From Eledone cirrhosa (Eukaryota), in contig OZ024758.1 in assembly GCA_964016885.1 (NCBI GenBank), forward strand, positions 5,394,001 through 5,458,000: a DNA stretch of 64,000 bases, read 5' to 3'. Positions 40,741-55,628 of the stretch are shown here, one piece after another. The notes beneath the pieces are model-generated. The model saw only the letters and a program-made list of their open reading frames with translations. It did no database searches and was not told where the DNA came from. Positions within the stretch are counted from its first letter, which is position 1; each line of letters opens with the position of its first letter. The translations under genes and the position numbers were made by a program.

Positions 40741-41543
40741 CAAATAGTGTCCGTCATTCTCCACTTTTCAATAATAGAAAAACTAAAGGAAAAGAAAATC
40801 AACTTCAGTTTCTCAAAACCCCTAAATTCATCGAAATTCGATTCGATATTCTGCTGTCCCTTATATACAAATGGGTCTGTTTGGGTCGTAAAAGGCTCCA
40901 GGGATACATTTTTCATTGCAAGTGACATTTTAGGTTTTTTCAACTAAATCTGTGGTTTTCGCTGTTGTGCCGAGAAAGCCGGGTTAAGCTGCCAGTAATC
41001 GGATTTCTTTAGTTTTTATAAACTTGCACGAGGGAGATATGTCTTATCAGTAGACACGACGGAAAACCCTACGTCATAGTTAGACTTGATAACAAAATAT
41101 TAATGAAATCTTAAACAAATCTCATCCTGTTGCCTTGTAAAAAGAGAAGGAAGAATTGTGCCCTTAAAGAATAACGCCACACTATATCTGTTAAAAGACG
41201 AGTTAAGAGAAGCTTAGCTGGAATAACTTTCATCAAAGGCCTTCTCTAATTGAACTGACTAGGAATAAACAACAACAACAACAACAACAATAGCAGCATT
41301 CAGGCTAAATCCTCGGCACCAAACCTCCGTCATTTGAAAGATATTAATTATAATAATTGTTTCTACTTTTGGCACAAGGCCAGCAATTATCGCAGTGCAT
41401 TACTGGTACTTTATTTTATCCGCCCCGTAAGGTTGAAAGGCAAAGTTAACCTCGGTGGGATGTGAACTCAGAACTTAAAGGGCCATAACTCTATGCTGTA
41501 AAGTATGGTGTCTGACGCTCTACCGATACTCCCAATTCACATT

Positions 41544-41577
<34 letters not shown>

Positions 41578-41760
41578 TGTGTGTGTGTGTGTATGTATAT
41601 ATGTATATGTATATATCTGAAAAGAAACACCAATTTTAACAAAACATATTAAGCAACACTAATAATAAATAAAAGAAACATAAAACTAAACAAGCTATTG
41701 ACGGTTTTATAGATATTTCAAAATTATGATGCTAAGTGTTTCCATTATTTTGTCCAACCC

Positions 41761-41825
<65 letters not shown>

Positions 41826-41844
41826 TATGTATGTATATATATAC

Positions 41845-41894
<50 letters not shown>

Positions 41895-42768
41895 GTATAT
41901 ATATAGATGTGTGTGTGTGTGTTTATAACTTTAAAATTTACACACACTAACTTACACACAATGCATTTTCCATCTCAGTTATGTTGCTACAATAAGTTTA
42001 CTTTCTAATGTCAAGGTCCTGGATTTTAACCTCACATTTGCCTCTATAATATATGAACAATTATGCTTTAAAATCGCATGGGAAATGCTTTGAAGCGCTA
42101 GTATTACAAACTGTCATCTGGTGGGCGAGTTGGGACAGACAAGCGGTTAAGAGTTGTGTTTGGAATAAGTTACTTAATGAAGGTGGGGTAATGTAAATAT
42201 TTTTTACAGACATTCCAAACAGTATGGTATAGTTGGTGCCGTGGATTACATAACAAGAACAGCAACGGGGGTGATATCTAGAGGCAAACAGTCTATGAAA
42301 GTGGAATTAGTGAAACTGGTTCGGGTGCATGTACGAGACTAAGTGTACTAAAGACACTAAGAGACGTAATTAGGGTATGGCAAGCATTGCACGTGTTATT
42401 GGGTGCCACTTGAAGGGGTTGGGGTGATAAGACCCGCCTCTTAGACCAGGGACACTTTCGATTAAAGTCAGATAAACTATTGTCGGATAATGAAAAAATA
42501 GGTGTTTGATCTGTGTTACATTATGCGTCAAGGCGCATGGTTTAGTGGTTAGAGCATTGGGCTTGCAATCGAAAGGTTGTGAGTTCAATTCTCGGACCGG
42601 GTGATGTGTTGTTTCCTTGAGCAAAACACTTTATTTCACATTGCTCCAGTTTACTCAGCTGTAGAAATGAGATGATAGGACTGAGGTCCCTATCATTAAA
42701 CTACCCAAGACGCCTCCAACGAGATATACCTTGGAGGAGGCCAGCTAAACCTGCATAGGTGTGAGCTG

Positions 42769-42802
<34 letters not shown>

Positions 42803-43050
42803 TATCATAGGTGTGAGCATTATATTAGCCTGATCAATAAACTGTTTATATACATTATAAAGGCCATAGATTATCTGAAAGAAACAGCTGAAAATAGTCA
42901 CGAGAAACTGAATTGTTTGCTGTATTAATGCAACAACACCCAACCTGAACAGTGAGAACGCACCTCCGGTCCTCAATAGTCAGCAGTTTTTTAGTCATTG
43001 TCATCCAGATCATGTTAACTTCTAGAGTTTTTTTTTTTTGTGTGCAGGGT

Positions 43051-43262
43051 AGGTGGGCAGATGTTATTACCATAACTATTATATGATAAAGATAGGTGGG
43101 CAGATGTTATTACCATAACTATTATATGATAAAGATAGGTGGGCAGATGTTATTACCATAACTATTATATGATAAAGATAGGTGGGCAGGTGTTATTACC
43201 ATAACTATTATATGATAAAGATAGGTGGGCAGATGTTATTACCATAACTATTATATGATAAA
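43051..43262. repeat. 43-bp tandem repeat, 5 copies
   Basis: aggtgggcagatgttattaccataactattatatgataaagat. Confidence 0.92.
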
Positions 43263-43357
43263 AGTTACAAAGTAATAGTTTCTAATATTTTTAAATTAAC
43301 TAAAACAAAAAAGAAATTAACGTGTTACATAAATACTTGTTTGTGGTTTGTGTAGGT

Positions 43358-44074
43358 ATGAACCCCAAACACCTGACAGAGAGGTAGGGGTTTCCAATGA
43401 CAATGAACCCCAAACACCTGACAGAGAGGTAGGGGTTTCCAATGACAATGGACCCAAAACACCTGACAGAGAGGTAGGGGTTTCCAATGACAATGAACCC
43501 TAAACACCTGACAGAGAGGTAGGGGTTTCCAATGACAATGAACCCTAAACACCTGACAGAGAGGTAAGGGTTTCCAATGACAATGAACCCCAAACACCTG
43601 ACAGAGAGGTAGGGGTTTCCAATGACAATGGACCCAAAACACCTGACAGAGAGGTAGGGGTTTCCAATGACAATGAACCCAAAACACCTGACAGAGAGGT
43701 AGGGGTTTCCAATGACAATGGACCCAAAACACCTGACAGAGAGGTAGGGGTTTCCAATGACAATGAACCCCAAACACCTGACAGAGAGGTAGGGGTTTCC
43801 AATGACAATGAACCCTAAACACCTGACAGAGAGGTAGGGGTTTCCAATGACAATGGACCCAAAACACCTGACAGAGAGGTAGGGGTTTCCAATGACAATG
43901 GACCCAAAACACCTGACAGAGAGGTAGGGGTTTCCAATGACAATGAACCCCAAACACCTGACAGAGAGGTAGGGGTTTCCAATGACAATGGACCCAAAAC
44001 ACCTGACAGAGAGGTAGGGGTTTCCAATGACAATGGACCCAAATCACTTGACAGAGAGGTAGGGGTTTCCAATG
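43358..44074. repeat. 45-bp minisatellite, about 16 copies
   Basis: aaacacctgacagagaggtaggggtttccaatgacaatg(a/g)accc; gives 15-aa periodic ORFs. Confidence 0.95.
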
Positions 44075-45258
44075 AAAATGTCGTGGGTTTTAACCTCGCA
44101 TTTATCCCTATAATATATGAACAATCGTGCTTTTAAATGCATGGGTAAAGATTTGAACCCTGTTAATTTCTTCCAGAGAGTGAAAATGAGAAAGAAATAG
44201 AGGAAGAATCGAATTAGTAGTGAATTGATAATTATTTTATCGATCTCGAAAGGATCTCGGAGACTGCTAAGAATTAAGATGTTAGCTAACCCCCAGAACA
44301 GACACCTTGTCGAAATGTTTGCAACAATTGGCTGAGCTAGTTGCACCCAAGGGTCACGTGATGATGTGAAACCGGATGAGTTTAGTCCACACACACACAC
44401 ACAGACAGACACACACACAGACAGACAGACAGACCCCCCCCCGACACACCCACTGCCCCACACCCACCCACCCCACCCTACACACACTGCCCCACGCCCA
44501 CACACACTGCTACTATAATATTATAATATTATAATATTTAATGTAATATTATGTATATTTAATGTAATATTAATGTAATATTATAATATTATAATATTTA
44601 ATGTAATATAATATTATAATATTTAATGTAATATAATATTATAATATTTAATGTAGGATTGGCAGTATCAGTAGAGGGTCGGACGCCTTGTTTTCCAGCA
44701 TAGTTACGTCCCTTTACGATCTGAGTGCAAATCCCGCCAAGGTTGACTTTGCCTTTCATCCTTACAGGTCGATAAAATAAAGTACCAGTAATACACTGGG
44801 TAATTGCTGGCCTTGTGCCTAAAGTAGAAACAATTATATTATATTATAACGTTAAATCATAAAAAAATTTTAAAACTACAAGTGAAGTCATTCTTTTCCT
44901 TTTTTTCAAATATTATATATATATATATATATATATGATATATATATGATATATATATATATATTAGTCGGATTAAAATAACAGGAGACCGGACTGGTGA
45001 TATTCCTTTAAAGTTTTATTGTTACGACAACACTATATACTCTTTTACTCTTTTACCTGTTTCAGCCATCCGGCTGAGGCCATGCTGGGGCACCATATAT
45101 TTCAATGGCCTAGTTACGTAAGATACTGACGACATCATCAGGTTGGGATTGCATAATTAATTAATCAATAAAGAAATTACGGCTAACACAAACAGAGAAA
45201 ATATTTGATTCTGAGGTGGCCTGCAAAACATGTGTTTATATTGCTCCAGATCTCCGAA

Positions 45259-45320
<62 letters not shown>

Positions 45321-45372
45321 TATATATACACACACACACACATACAAACACACACAAACAAACACACACACG

Positions 45373-45406
<34 letters not shown>

Positions 45407-46927
45407 AGGAAAAGAGTCATGACACCGACGGTTGAGCTCCGGCCGTTTCGACAGCTAGATCCAAACTAGTATTGAGTACTCTGGTGTGTTATGGTCCAAC
45501 TGGTATTTTACCACACCCTCTTTGTTATATATATAGAAACACACACATATATATATATATATACAGTGAAATTCCGTTACAACAAAATTTACGGGGTATA
45601 AAAATAAATTCGTTGTAACGAAGAATTCTTTATAACGAGATCAACCTAACACATGGAGCGTGTGGTCGGGGATTGAAAAAAAATTCGTTATACCGGAATT
45701 TTATCTGTTACAGTTTGTTTACAAACCAAAGAATTTAAGGTTTTAAGGCATTTGTTTCGGTTTTCCTAATTCTTGGATGTCTATTGCTTTGGCCCTTTCT
45801 ATTCCATTATGTATCAATAACGAGGGTCGATAAAATAAAGTACCAGTAACGCACTGGGGTCGATTTAATCGACTTTCCCCTCCCCCAAAATTGCTGGCCG
45901 TGTGTCTAAAGTAGAAACAATTATTATTATTATTATTGGCAGTATCGGTAGAGGGTCGGACGCCATGCTTTATCGTATAGAGTTACGGCCCTTTACGGCC
46001 TGAGTTCAAATCTCGCCGAGGTTAACTTTGCCTTTCATCCTTACGGGGTCGAAAAATAAAGTACCAGTAATACACTGGGGGAATTGCTATCCTTGTGCCA
46101 AAAGTAGAAACAACTATTAGTTTCAGTCATTTGACTGTGAACATTCTATAGCTTTAATCAACTTCATCGACCTCTCGGCTTATTTCTCACCCGGAACTTA
46201 TTTTATTGATTTTTATTTATTGAATGACATTTTAACTGCACTGCCAAACCTGCAACTATTCTACAAATGTTATATAGATATTATATTAGTTCGACGCCCT
46301 TTCTTTCTAAATCAACATACAGTCGTAGGAAGTAGAGAATTATATTGTTAGATCAACGGGATTAATTTCAAGAGTCGAACAAAAGTGTTATGGAATTACA
46401 TAACGTTGGTAATTAAAGGATGGACAGTTGTACAGTTACATATATTGTTTTAGAAAAAATGTAGTGTAGGTTATTTTAGGTGTGTAATGTAATGTAGGTG
46501 GTTTTAGGAGTGTAATATAGTGTAGCCGGTTTTACGCGTGTGGTATAATGTAGCACAGTCGTTACAACATCCGATAACATGCTTTACATCAGGCATATGA
46601 AACTGAGGGTCTCCTGAGGGCCACATGGGTCACATATGTGTTTTCTGAGGGTCACACACGACACTAATTGCGCACATTAAATCTATTTTTTTTTAAATTT
46701 TATATTACAAAGATAAAACATGCTCACGCTGTAAAAAGTTTTGTGCGGGCCGCATGTGTGATATAAAGGACCGCCTGTGTTATATAAAGGGCCGCCTGTT
46801 TGATATGCTTGTTCGTTTGATATGCATTCGTTGCGGTTCTTTGCTCTCGAGTTCAAATCCCGTCATGGTCAACTTTCCCTTTCATCCTTTCTTTATTAAT
46901 GTTCGATGTAACCAATACGTACATATG

Positions 46928-47000
<73 letters not shown>

Positions 47001-47247
47001 GTGGGTTTTTTTTTACAAAATGAAAAATAACCGAGGTGTCCTACACGAGTGAAAGTATAAAGAAAAAGAGATGAAATCGAAAATGCAACTGGAGCCTTAT
47101 TTAAAAAAAAAATATATATATTTATTTGGTTCCTTTACCGGTTTCGCAGTTCTTCTGCTTTTCAAAAGGTGAGTTGAGATGGAGGGTCTGTGGTTTTTCT
47201 CACATATATATTTTCTCACATATATATTTTTCTCACATATATATTTT

Positions 47248-47375
<128 letters not shown>

Positions 47376-47685
47376 ATATACATATGTGTGTACGTTTGCA
47401 GTGTGCATATATATATGTGTATCAGTTTTCAGTCATATACAGAACTTACACCCACTTCAAATAATATACAGAAGCTTAGCAGCTTTTATAATGGGAAATA
47501 CTGTTGCCTATAAAAGACCCATTTCTTGACATCGATATAAATCTTCAGTAACTAACAAGAATACTTACGTAATATATACAGAACCTCTCACGCCACAAGA
47601 AGTGCCAATCAAATCACACTCCCCAATTTCGACACAAGCCACCTCATTAAAGGGAAATATAACCAAAATATATGTGTGGGTGAGA

Positions 47686-47886
47686 AGGCGCATGGCTTAG
47701 TGGTTAGAGCTTTGAGGCTGGCAAACGTGAGGTTATGAGTTCGATTCTCGGATCGGGTGAGGCGTTGTGACCTTGAACAAGAGAACAAGATACTTTATTT
47801 CACGTTGCTCCTGTTTACTCAGCTGTAGAAATGAATTGCGATGTCACTGGTGCCAAGCTGTATCAGCCATTGCTTTTCCCTTGGGA
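47686..47886 (+). mobile_element. tRNA-derived SINE family B (copies at ~4250, 42531, 50250, and minus strand ~3240-3440 and ~790-950)
   Basis: Head ggcgcatggcttagtggttagagc...gagttcgattctcgg, body tttatttcacgttgctccagtttactcagctg. Confidence 0.8.
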
Positions 47887-48128
47887 CATCACACGCACAC
47901 ACATATATATATAGTTCATATGCATATATATATATATATATATATATATGACAAGTAAGTATGTTTTGAAACAGTGAGCAGGTTTGAAATTAGAAAATAG
48001 AATAGCTTTCACCGTATGTTTGAGTATTGACGTACATATACGTCAATACTCATCTTTTTCCATTTATCTGAGGGTTCTAAACCCCATTATCAGACTAACA
48101 TTTCTTTAGTCAAAAATACGGTGAAAGC

Positions 48129-48221
<93 letters not shown>

Positions 48222-48293
48222 GTTAACGCTTGATATAGCAGGAAGAGGCTGTACTGATTGTGTTGTTATTTCTGTTTACCTTTTACATACATT

Positions 48294-48377
<84 letters not shown>

Positions 48378-48519
48378 TATATACAGTGTATATATAGTGT
48401 ATATAGAGTGTGTATATAGTTGCAATGTCACTGGTACCAAGCTGTATCAGCCATTGTCTTTCCCTTGGACAACGTTGGTGGTGTGAAGAGGAGAAACTGG
48501 TATGTATGGGTGACTACAG

Positions 48520-49495
48520 GTCTTCCACAAACCTTGCACAGACTTCACTATTAACTTTATATTACCTATGCAATGAATCCATAATAACTCCATGCAACTG
48601 TTTCTCGTGATACCCCAATTTGACCAGGCTAGCTCCTCAAGCAAGACTCACTTTCGAAATCCTGTGATCTATTTCAGCATCCATGGTACCATCTCTACTA
48701 AATGTACTTCCGAGATACCCAAAGCTGTCCACCACCTCAAAACCTTTTCCTCTCATGAAATCATCTCACCCCACATACACTTTTCCCACTGGTGGAGTGT
48801 ACATGACCTTTGTCGTTTTTATGCTAATATTTAGCCCAAACACAGTACATGCATTGGAAAAGGTGTCCAATATCAACTGCATGTCCTCTACTGTGTGCAC
48901 CACAAAATCCGCATCATCAGCATACAGGAACACCCTAGCAAGGGGGCCAAATGTTTTGGACTTGGTGTTAAGCCGTCTTAAATTAAATACTTTGCTAGAG
49001 GTTCTAATTCGCAAGAATACTCTGATTTCGAAGTCTTGGAAGTCATATGTCAGCAGCAGGGCAAAGTAGATGGCGAACAGAGTGGGTGCAGGTATGTCAC
49101 CTAGTCTGACACCGTTTACCACTGAAATTGGCTCTGAAATTGTCCCATTGAAGTTCACTTTTGACTTTATATTTTGATGGAGTTTTCTGAATATTCCAAC
49201 AAACTAATGAGGACATCCAAGTTTCGCTAGTATGACCCACAATGCACTACGATTAACAGTATCAAAGGCTTTGGTAAGGTCCACAAATACTTGATATAGT
49301 GGTACTTGCTCCTCAACACACTTCTCCATAAGCTGATGGGCTGAAAAAATGACATCCACATCACACCATCCAGCTCTGAATCCACACTGGGTCTTGGGGA
49401 TGGCACCTGAACAAATCTATTTTATTAGTCGATTCAGCAAGACTTTGGATAAGACTTTTCTTACCGATTCGAGCAGGCTTATACCATGATAATTA
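48520..49495 (-). mobile_element. RTE-clade non-LTR retrotransposon reverse transcriptase fragment (decayed)
   Basis: Minus-strand translation: NYHGISLL...QCGFRAG...FVDLTKAFDTV...GVRLGDIPAPTLF...LYADDA...FGYLGS, with stops. Ends approximate. Confidence 0.9.
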
Positions 49496-51359
49496 CAGTA
49501 GGATGTGATTTGCGGGATATTTGGCCGCTATTTCTAGCAGTTCGTGAGACCATATAAATGTCCTTTTGTTGGCTTTGAATGTAACTTAGTAACATCCGTC
49601 AACACTCCTAAACTATTCTCCAAATCAATTTTATTATTTTTCTGTTAGACCGTTCCTTTATATCTAAATTGTTAAGCACCTTTGACAAATACATAAATTG
49701 CCCTCGTTTCCCAGTAAAATTTAAAAGCTTTGTTGTTGTTGCTGTTGTTGTTTGCTTTGTTTTATCCAGAGTTGTAAATTGTTTTATTATGTCAAATATA
49801 TTTTACACACAGAAGTTATACAATGATGGAAATATTTAAAAAAGATGGATAAAAAATTAATGTAAAAACAAAGAGAAGATCTGACTGTATAGAAAAGTAG
49901 AGGAAAGGACTATAAATGCCATAGATGTGAAGGAAAGGAGGGAAAGAACAAAGACTATTAGGCAACGGGAGAAAGAGAGAGAGAAGGGGAGAGGGTGACA
50001 GACTCTGTGCCTAGGGCGGGGCAGTGTTTCACCTGCGTCCCGCAGATAAAACAGCAAAGGCATTTTCCCGAACAATGGCCAGCGATGCCCGCTGTAATAG
50101 CCACCCTACCTTGCGGAGTTTCTTCCTCAGACAGGTTGCTGACGTTCAGATTTTACGGAGGAGATTCTCGGCTGTACGGGGTCCCAGAACCTCTGAGGTC
50201 TCGGTAACTGATTATTAGAACTAACGTCAATATATACGTCAATTTGTGAAGGCGCATGGCTTAGTGGTTAGAGCATTGGGCTTGCAATCGAAAGGTTGTA
50301 AGTGAGTTCGATTCTCGGACCAGGTGATATGTTGTGTTCTTCAGCAAGACACTTTATTTCACGTTGCTCCAGTTTACTCAGCTGTAGAAATGAATTACGA
50401 TCCTGCCAAATCAATGGGTGACAATATTTCCAGCTGCACGCATCGGAAGACTGGTGTAGTGGTTCTGAGAACAATGTGGCTTTGCAGATGATCAAAGTAA
50501 ATTGACAATGGAAAGGCGCTCCCGCACGAGTTAGAAGAGAAATATTGACCTTCAGGAGAAGCAGCGACCCCTGATTGTATTCAGCAACCGAAACAAATAT
50601 GAAGTACACCAAATCCAATGCTCCTAGGGGCGGCCCTGGTTCTTCTTATTTGCGAGGGTAAACTCGACCAGATTAGATTAGATTTAATATATACGGGAAA
50701 AGGAAGGGGGATTTGCTCTGGTTAAGCATACAGAAAGTCAAAGCAGCATTGAAACGGACTATAAATGCCATAAATGAGAGGAAAAGATGAGGAAGAGACA
50801 GGACCATTAGACAAAAGAAGCAAGAAAGGGAGATATTTGCTCTGTACTCATTAAAATTACATTATCTTTTAAACATTCTCTCATTTCCTATTTATAATTT
50901 ATACTCTTATCCGGGTTCTTTTATATAAAATAATATACGTGTTTTCATCTCAATACTTGGAAATCAAGTAATATGTTATTTCAATAAACAATATCTATTT
51001 CAACTAATCGTTGTATTCATGTTACTCATTCATACTGTAAAACGACATAATCAATGACAGAAAATAAAAACTGATACATCTTTTGACCTAGTGGTGTCCT
51101 CTCGTGAATAGGTTTCATCCGTAATATCATTTCCAGTACAAATAACTTATTGTTTTTCATTAGATATTCTAGACTTCATTGCCCAGTGTGTTCTTGTTTG
51201 TTTTTGTTTTTAGACGCTAGGGTGTGATTTAGCTGCTATTTCTAGCAGTTCGGGTTATATTTGTGATTATATCTAACCTAAGGATTACGAGGATCGGCTG
51301 CAAATTTCATAGGCTGACCAATATACTCTCATTCCGACAGGTTAGCGGTCGTGCCTTTG

Positions 51360-51666
51360 GCAGTGGAGACTTCTGGTGTCCTTGGCCCTAGGGTTATCTC
51401 ACTACTCACCACTATAGGCGCTGAGCTGGCTAGCCCTAGCAGTGGAGACTTCTGGTGTCCTTGGCCCTAGGGTTATCTCACTACTCACCACCATAGGCGC
51501 TGAGCTGGCTAGCCCTAGCAGTGGAGACTTCTGGTGTCCTTGGCCCTAGGGTTATCTCACTACTCACCACCATAGGCACTGAGCTGGCTAGCCCTAGCAG
51601 TGGAGACTTCTGGTGTCCTTGGCCCTAGGGTTATCTCACTACTCACCACTATAGGCGCTGAGCTGT
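51360..51666. repeat. 79-bp tandem repeat, about 4 copies
   Basis: cagtggagacttctgg at 51361, 51440, 51519 and 51598. Confidence 0.92.
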
Positions 51667-51937
51667 CCAGCCGCAGGTGTGAACCTCGTGAGATGGAATA
51701 GCCCTCCCAGCGCATCTCTCTTACCATCCTCCGGGGAAAGGCCTTCTCCATTCTGTCCGCCGGGGCTGTGGGGGGACCAGCACGTGGGACCCCATTTGCT
51801 TTCAATACAGAGAGATAGAGGTGATGGCAGTAGGAGTTCGGCTGTTCCGTGTTCGGACACATTGCACCTGTCAAGAGTGTATATTGATGTACAATTCCCG
51901 CTCACAAACTAGTAAATAAACACTATGTTGCACTAAT

Positions 51938-53250
51938 GACCAAGATACTCTCATGGAATGACCAAATGAGGTTTATTTATCAACATAGTCCCTGGAAAGA
52001 AACAATGCAGTTATTAATTAGAAGAGCTGAAATTAATCCATGCAAAATGTCGCAGCTCTAGCATCACTCCTTCATAGTCAACCTATAAACTTTTCAGCCA
52101 GCCCTTATATATGTGTTTAGAAGGCTCAATGTCAATAGAGGGTCGGACGCCATGCTTTGCAGCATAGAGTTACGGCCCTTTATGGTCTGAGTTCAAATCG
52201 CACCGAGGTTAACTTTGCTTTTCATCCTTAAGGGGTAGATAAAATAAAGTACCAGTAATACACCTGGGGTAATTGCTGGCCTTGTGCCAAGAGTAGAAAC
52301 AATTATCCTATGCAATAATTTTCTTCGCTGAAGAATTTTAACAAAAGAAAAAAAAAAGAAAAATGTAATTCATTCGGAATTTTCTTTCAATTTTATTTTA
52401 TTGTCAGCCATTTTATATATCTATATCGAAAGATGTGTGTGAGAGAGAAAAAGAGTGTGTGTGTACATGTATAAGATAAAGTGAGGGAATGTGTGAGTAA
52501 GTGTGTGTATGTGTGCGTATATGTGTGTATAAGTGTGTGTATGTGTGTATATAAGTGTGCGTATATGTGTGTATATGTGTATAAGAGTGCGTATGTGTGT
52601 GTATGCGTGTGTGTGTATGTGTGTATAAATGTGTGTATATGTGTATAAGAGTGCGTATGTGTGTGTATGTGTATGTGTGTGTATGTGCGTATGTGTGTGT
52701 ATATGTGTGTATAAGTGTGTGTATGTGTCTGTATATGTGTATATAAGTGTGTGTATGTGTGTATACATATGTGTAGTAGTTATATGGCTTGTAAGCTAGT
52801 ATCAGCTGAATATTTATGTGGAATTTCCGAAGAGTCATCAAATAAGTAGCGTAAGGCTTGCTTCTACTTAGCTTCCAATCTAAACGGCACCAGATTTACC
52901 ACTAATTTCACTGCAATAAAATGAAATCCGTTTATCCTAGCCCTTCCTCTCATTTTCCTCTCATTTATAATATTTATCAACATAGTCCCTAGAAAGAAAC
53001 AATACAGTTATTAATAAGAAGAGTTGAAATTAATTCATGCAAGATTTCACAGCACTAGCATCACTCCTTCATAGGCTGGCCAAGACACTCTCATGGAATG
53101 ACCAAATGAAGTTTATTTTTCAACACAGTCCCTGGAAAGAAACAATGCAGTTATTAATAAGAAGAATTGAAATTAATGCATGCAAGATTTCACAGCTCTA
53201 GCATCATTCCTTTGTAGTCAGCCTATGAACATTTCAGCCAACCCTTATAC
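51938..53250 (-). mobile_element. Fragments of a mariner-derived non-autonomous family (51938-52110, 52970-53250; also ~33040, ~51286, ~59033)
   Basis: Shared TA-cgagggctggctgaaa...cataggctgac-like terminus and 'gctagagctgtgaaatcttgcat' internal sequence. Confidence 0.55.
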
Positions 53251-55286
53251 ATGAGTTTAGAAGGCATTGTGTTCACAATATTAACATTTCACACAGGATC
53301 CGACCCCTAAACTAATCTAAGCTGTGAGACTTCATTTCATATTCATAAATCCAGGATCAGATCCCTAAATTAATCTTCATTTCCTATTCATATTTCTAGA
53401 GTGAGGACTTCGACGCAATCTAATTGGTGATAGTTCATTTCCTGTTCAAAATATACGCTAGGGTACACTAAAAACAGCTTTGTGTTGCTGAAAACAAATT
53501 TGAAGTAGATAAATAAAAGCTGGCAATAATATGAAATAGGTCAATAGGATACACCCATGAATCAGTACGAATGGTGCTAAGCAGAGCCTATCGTTTTTGC
53601 CTGGCATTGTGAATGTATAGCATTTATATACATACATACTTACACACATACATACATACGTACGTACTTATGTACGTAGGTAATAGTTATATACAAATAC
53701 ACATACATGCATACATGGTGGCTGCCAACTCGTTTTCGAGTACGGCCACTACCTTATATCCATGTAGGAGAACCCCTACCGATGCGCTGAACGAGTGTGA
53801 CTTTTTAGTCCAGCCAGCGACTTGAAAACTCTGGTACAAACACTACACTTGTGACAATTATTGACACAGAGTGTTGGGCCCATGGTAACATGTGACGACA
53901 AGTGCAGAGAGATCTCCAGATATAAAGCAATGCCTGTGCCGTGAAGCTTTTATAGTGAGCAAAGGAACTGAACAAAGCCAGTCCCACTCTCTTAACCAAG
54001 ATGATATTTACCAAAAAGAAGAACAAGTCAACATCATTGGATACCATCAGGGTTGCAGGTGTTATATCAGAGTTTTCCTTCTCCTAGAATTCTGCCTTGA
54101 CAAAGGCTAAGGGGTCATCTCTCCCAGTGATTTTGGATGGCCATTGACTCTTAAGAGCTCCTTTTCCCTTTGACATGTTTTGTTTTTAGTCCTGCAGGAT
54201 GTCCAAAGTCACCCTCCTCACCAAGAAACCTTGGTGGGGTTGCCAGTTTAGTCGCCAATGACCCGACCATGAGACAGGTTGTACTGGGATACATGTTACC
54301 AGTAGCACCAACTGGTGACCTGACATACATGCATACATACATACGTACGTACATACATGATGGCTGCCCCCTCGTTATCGAGTATGGCCATTGCATGATA
54401 TACCATTATTAATAATTATTAATTAATTCTATCGTGCAATGCCTGTGCATGAAGATATTTTTTAAAGTGAGGAAAGACTGTGCACTGAACCAATCCCACT
54501 CTCTGAGCGACAGTAGCTATAACCCGAAAAGAAGAAAAGATCAACATCATCGGTAACTACTGAGCCGCAGGTTTTATATCGGAGTCATCCCAGTTTCCAG
54601 AGTTGCCTTCTCCTAGAAGAATGTCCTGACAAAGGCTAGGGGTCCTTCACTCCCAGTGGTTTAACAGTGCGGTACATGTGTATATATACATATTTACACA
54701 CATATTTACACCTTTGTCAGGTTTTGTTTTTTGTCCTGCAGGGTGTCCAAAATCACTATCCTCACCACGTACATACATACATACATACATACATACATAC
54801 ATACATACATACATACATACATACATACATACATACATTCGTACGTACATACGTACATATACACATGCACACATGGATACATACGTACGTTCATACATAC
54901 ATACATACATACATACATACATACATGCATACATACATACATACATACAAACATACATACATACTTACGTACATATATACGTATATATATACGTACGTAC
55001 ACACATACATACATATATATAGGTACGTACACACATACATATACACATACATGCATACATACATATACACATTCATGCATACATACATACGAACGAACGT
55101 ACGTTCATACGTACATACATACAGGCATAATGCATACATACATACATACATGCATATATACATACATACATACATACATACAAACATACGTACGTTCATA
55201 CATACATACGCACATACATACATACGTATGCACATACATGCATACACGCACACGTGCGTACGTACATACAGTCACACATGCGTACG

Positions 55287-55326
<40 letters not shown>

Positions 55327-55366
55327 GATATTAACAAATGGAAACTATATTTATAAAACCATATTT

Positions 55367-55429
55367 ATTTCATTATACATATTTCAAGGACACCAAAGCA
55401 AATTATGGTGCGCTTTCATCAGATAAAAT
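55367..55429 (-). ncRNA. Type I hammerhead ribozyme, extended stem II
   Basis: Minus strand: ATTTTAT-CTGATGA-AAGcGCACCA(taatttgctt)TGGTGTcCTT-GAAA-TATGTA-T-A-ATGAAAT. 7-bp stem I and near-palindromic stem III. Confidence 0.75.
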
Positions 55430-55582
55430 ATAATATAGATCTGTTTTATAAATAAATATTGACATACTCTTAAAGAATGCAACCATTACTGTTGAAAGCT
55501 CCCGGATAGTGAGCTATCCGGGAGCTTCCAACAGTAATGGTTGCGTGTGTTTCTTATTGGCAACATGACCCTCCCAAAGTAT

Positions 55583-55628
<46 letters not shown>

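Noticed and set aside
43300-44072. 217- and 240-aa ORFs with Cys/His periodicity; CRISPR-like look
   Set aside because: A pure 45-bp tandem repeat with no unique spacers, open in several frames simply because the unit lacks stops. The context is eukaryotic and there are no cas genes.
45094-45146. Minus-strand CTGATGA...GAAATATAT hammerhead-like motif
   Set aside because: Stem II pairs poorly and the 3' side is cut by a SINE fragment; cannot be supported.
47686-47760. tRNA-like sequences (also 42531, 50250, 4250)
   Set aside because: These are SINE heads that continue into a shared repeat body; no complete cloverleaf.
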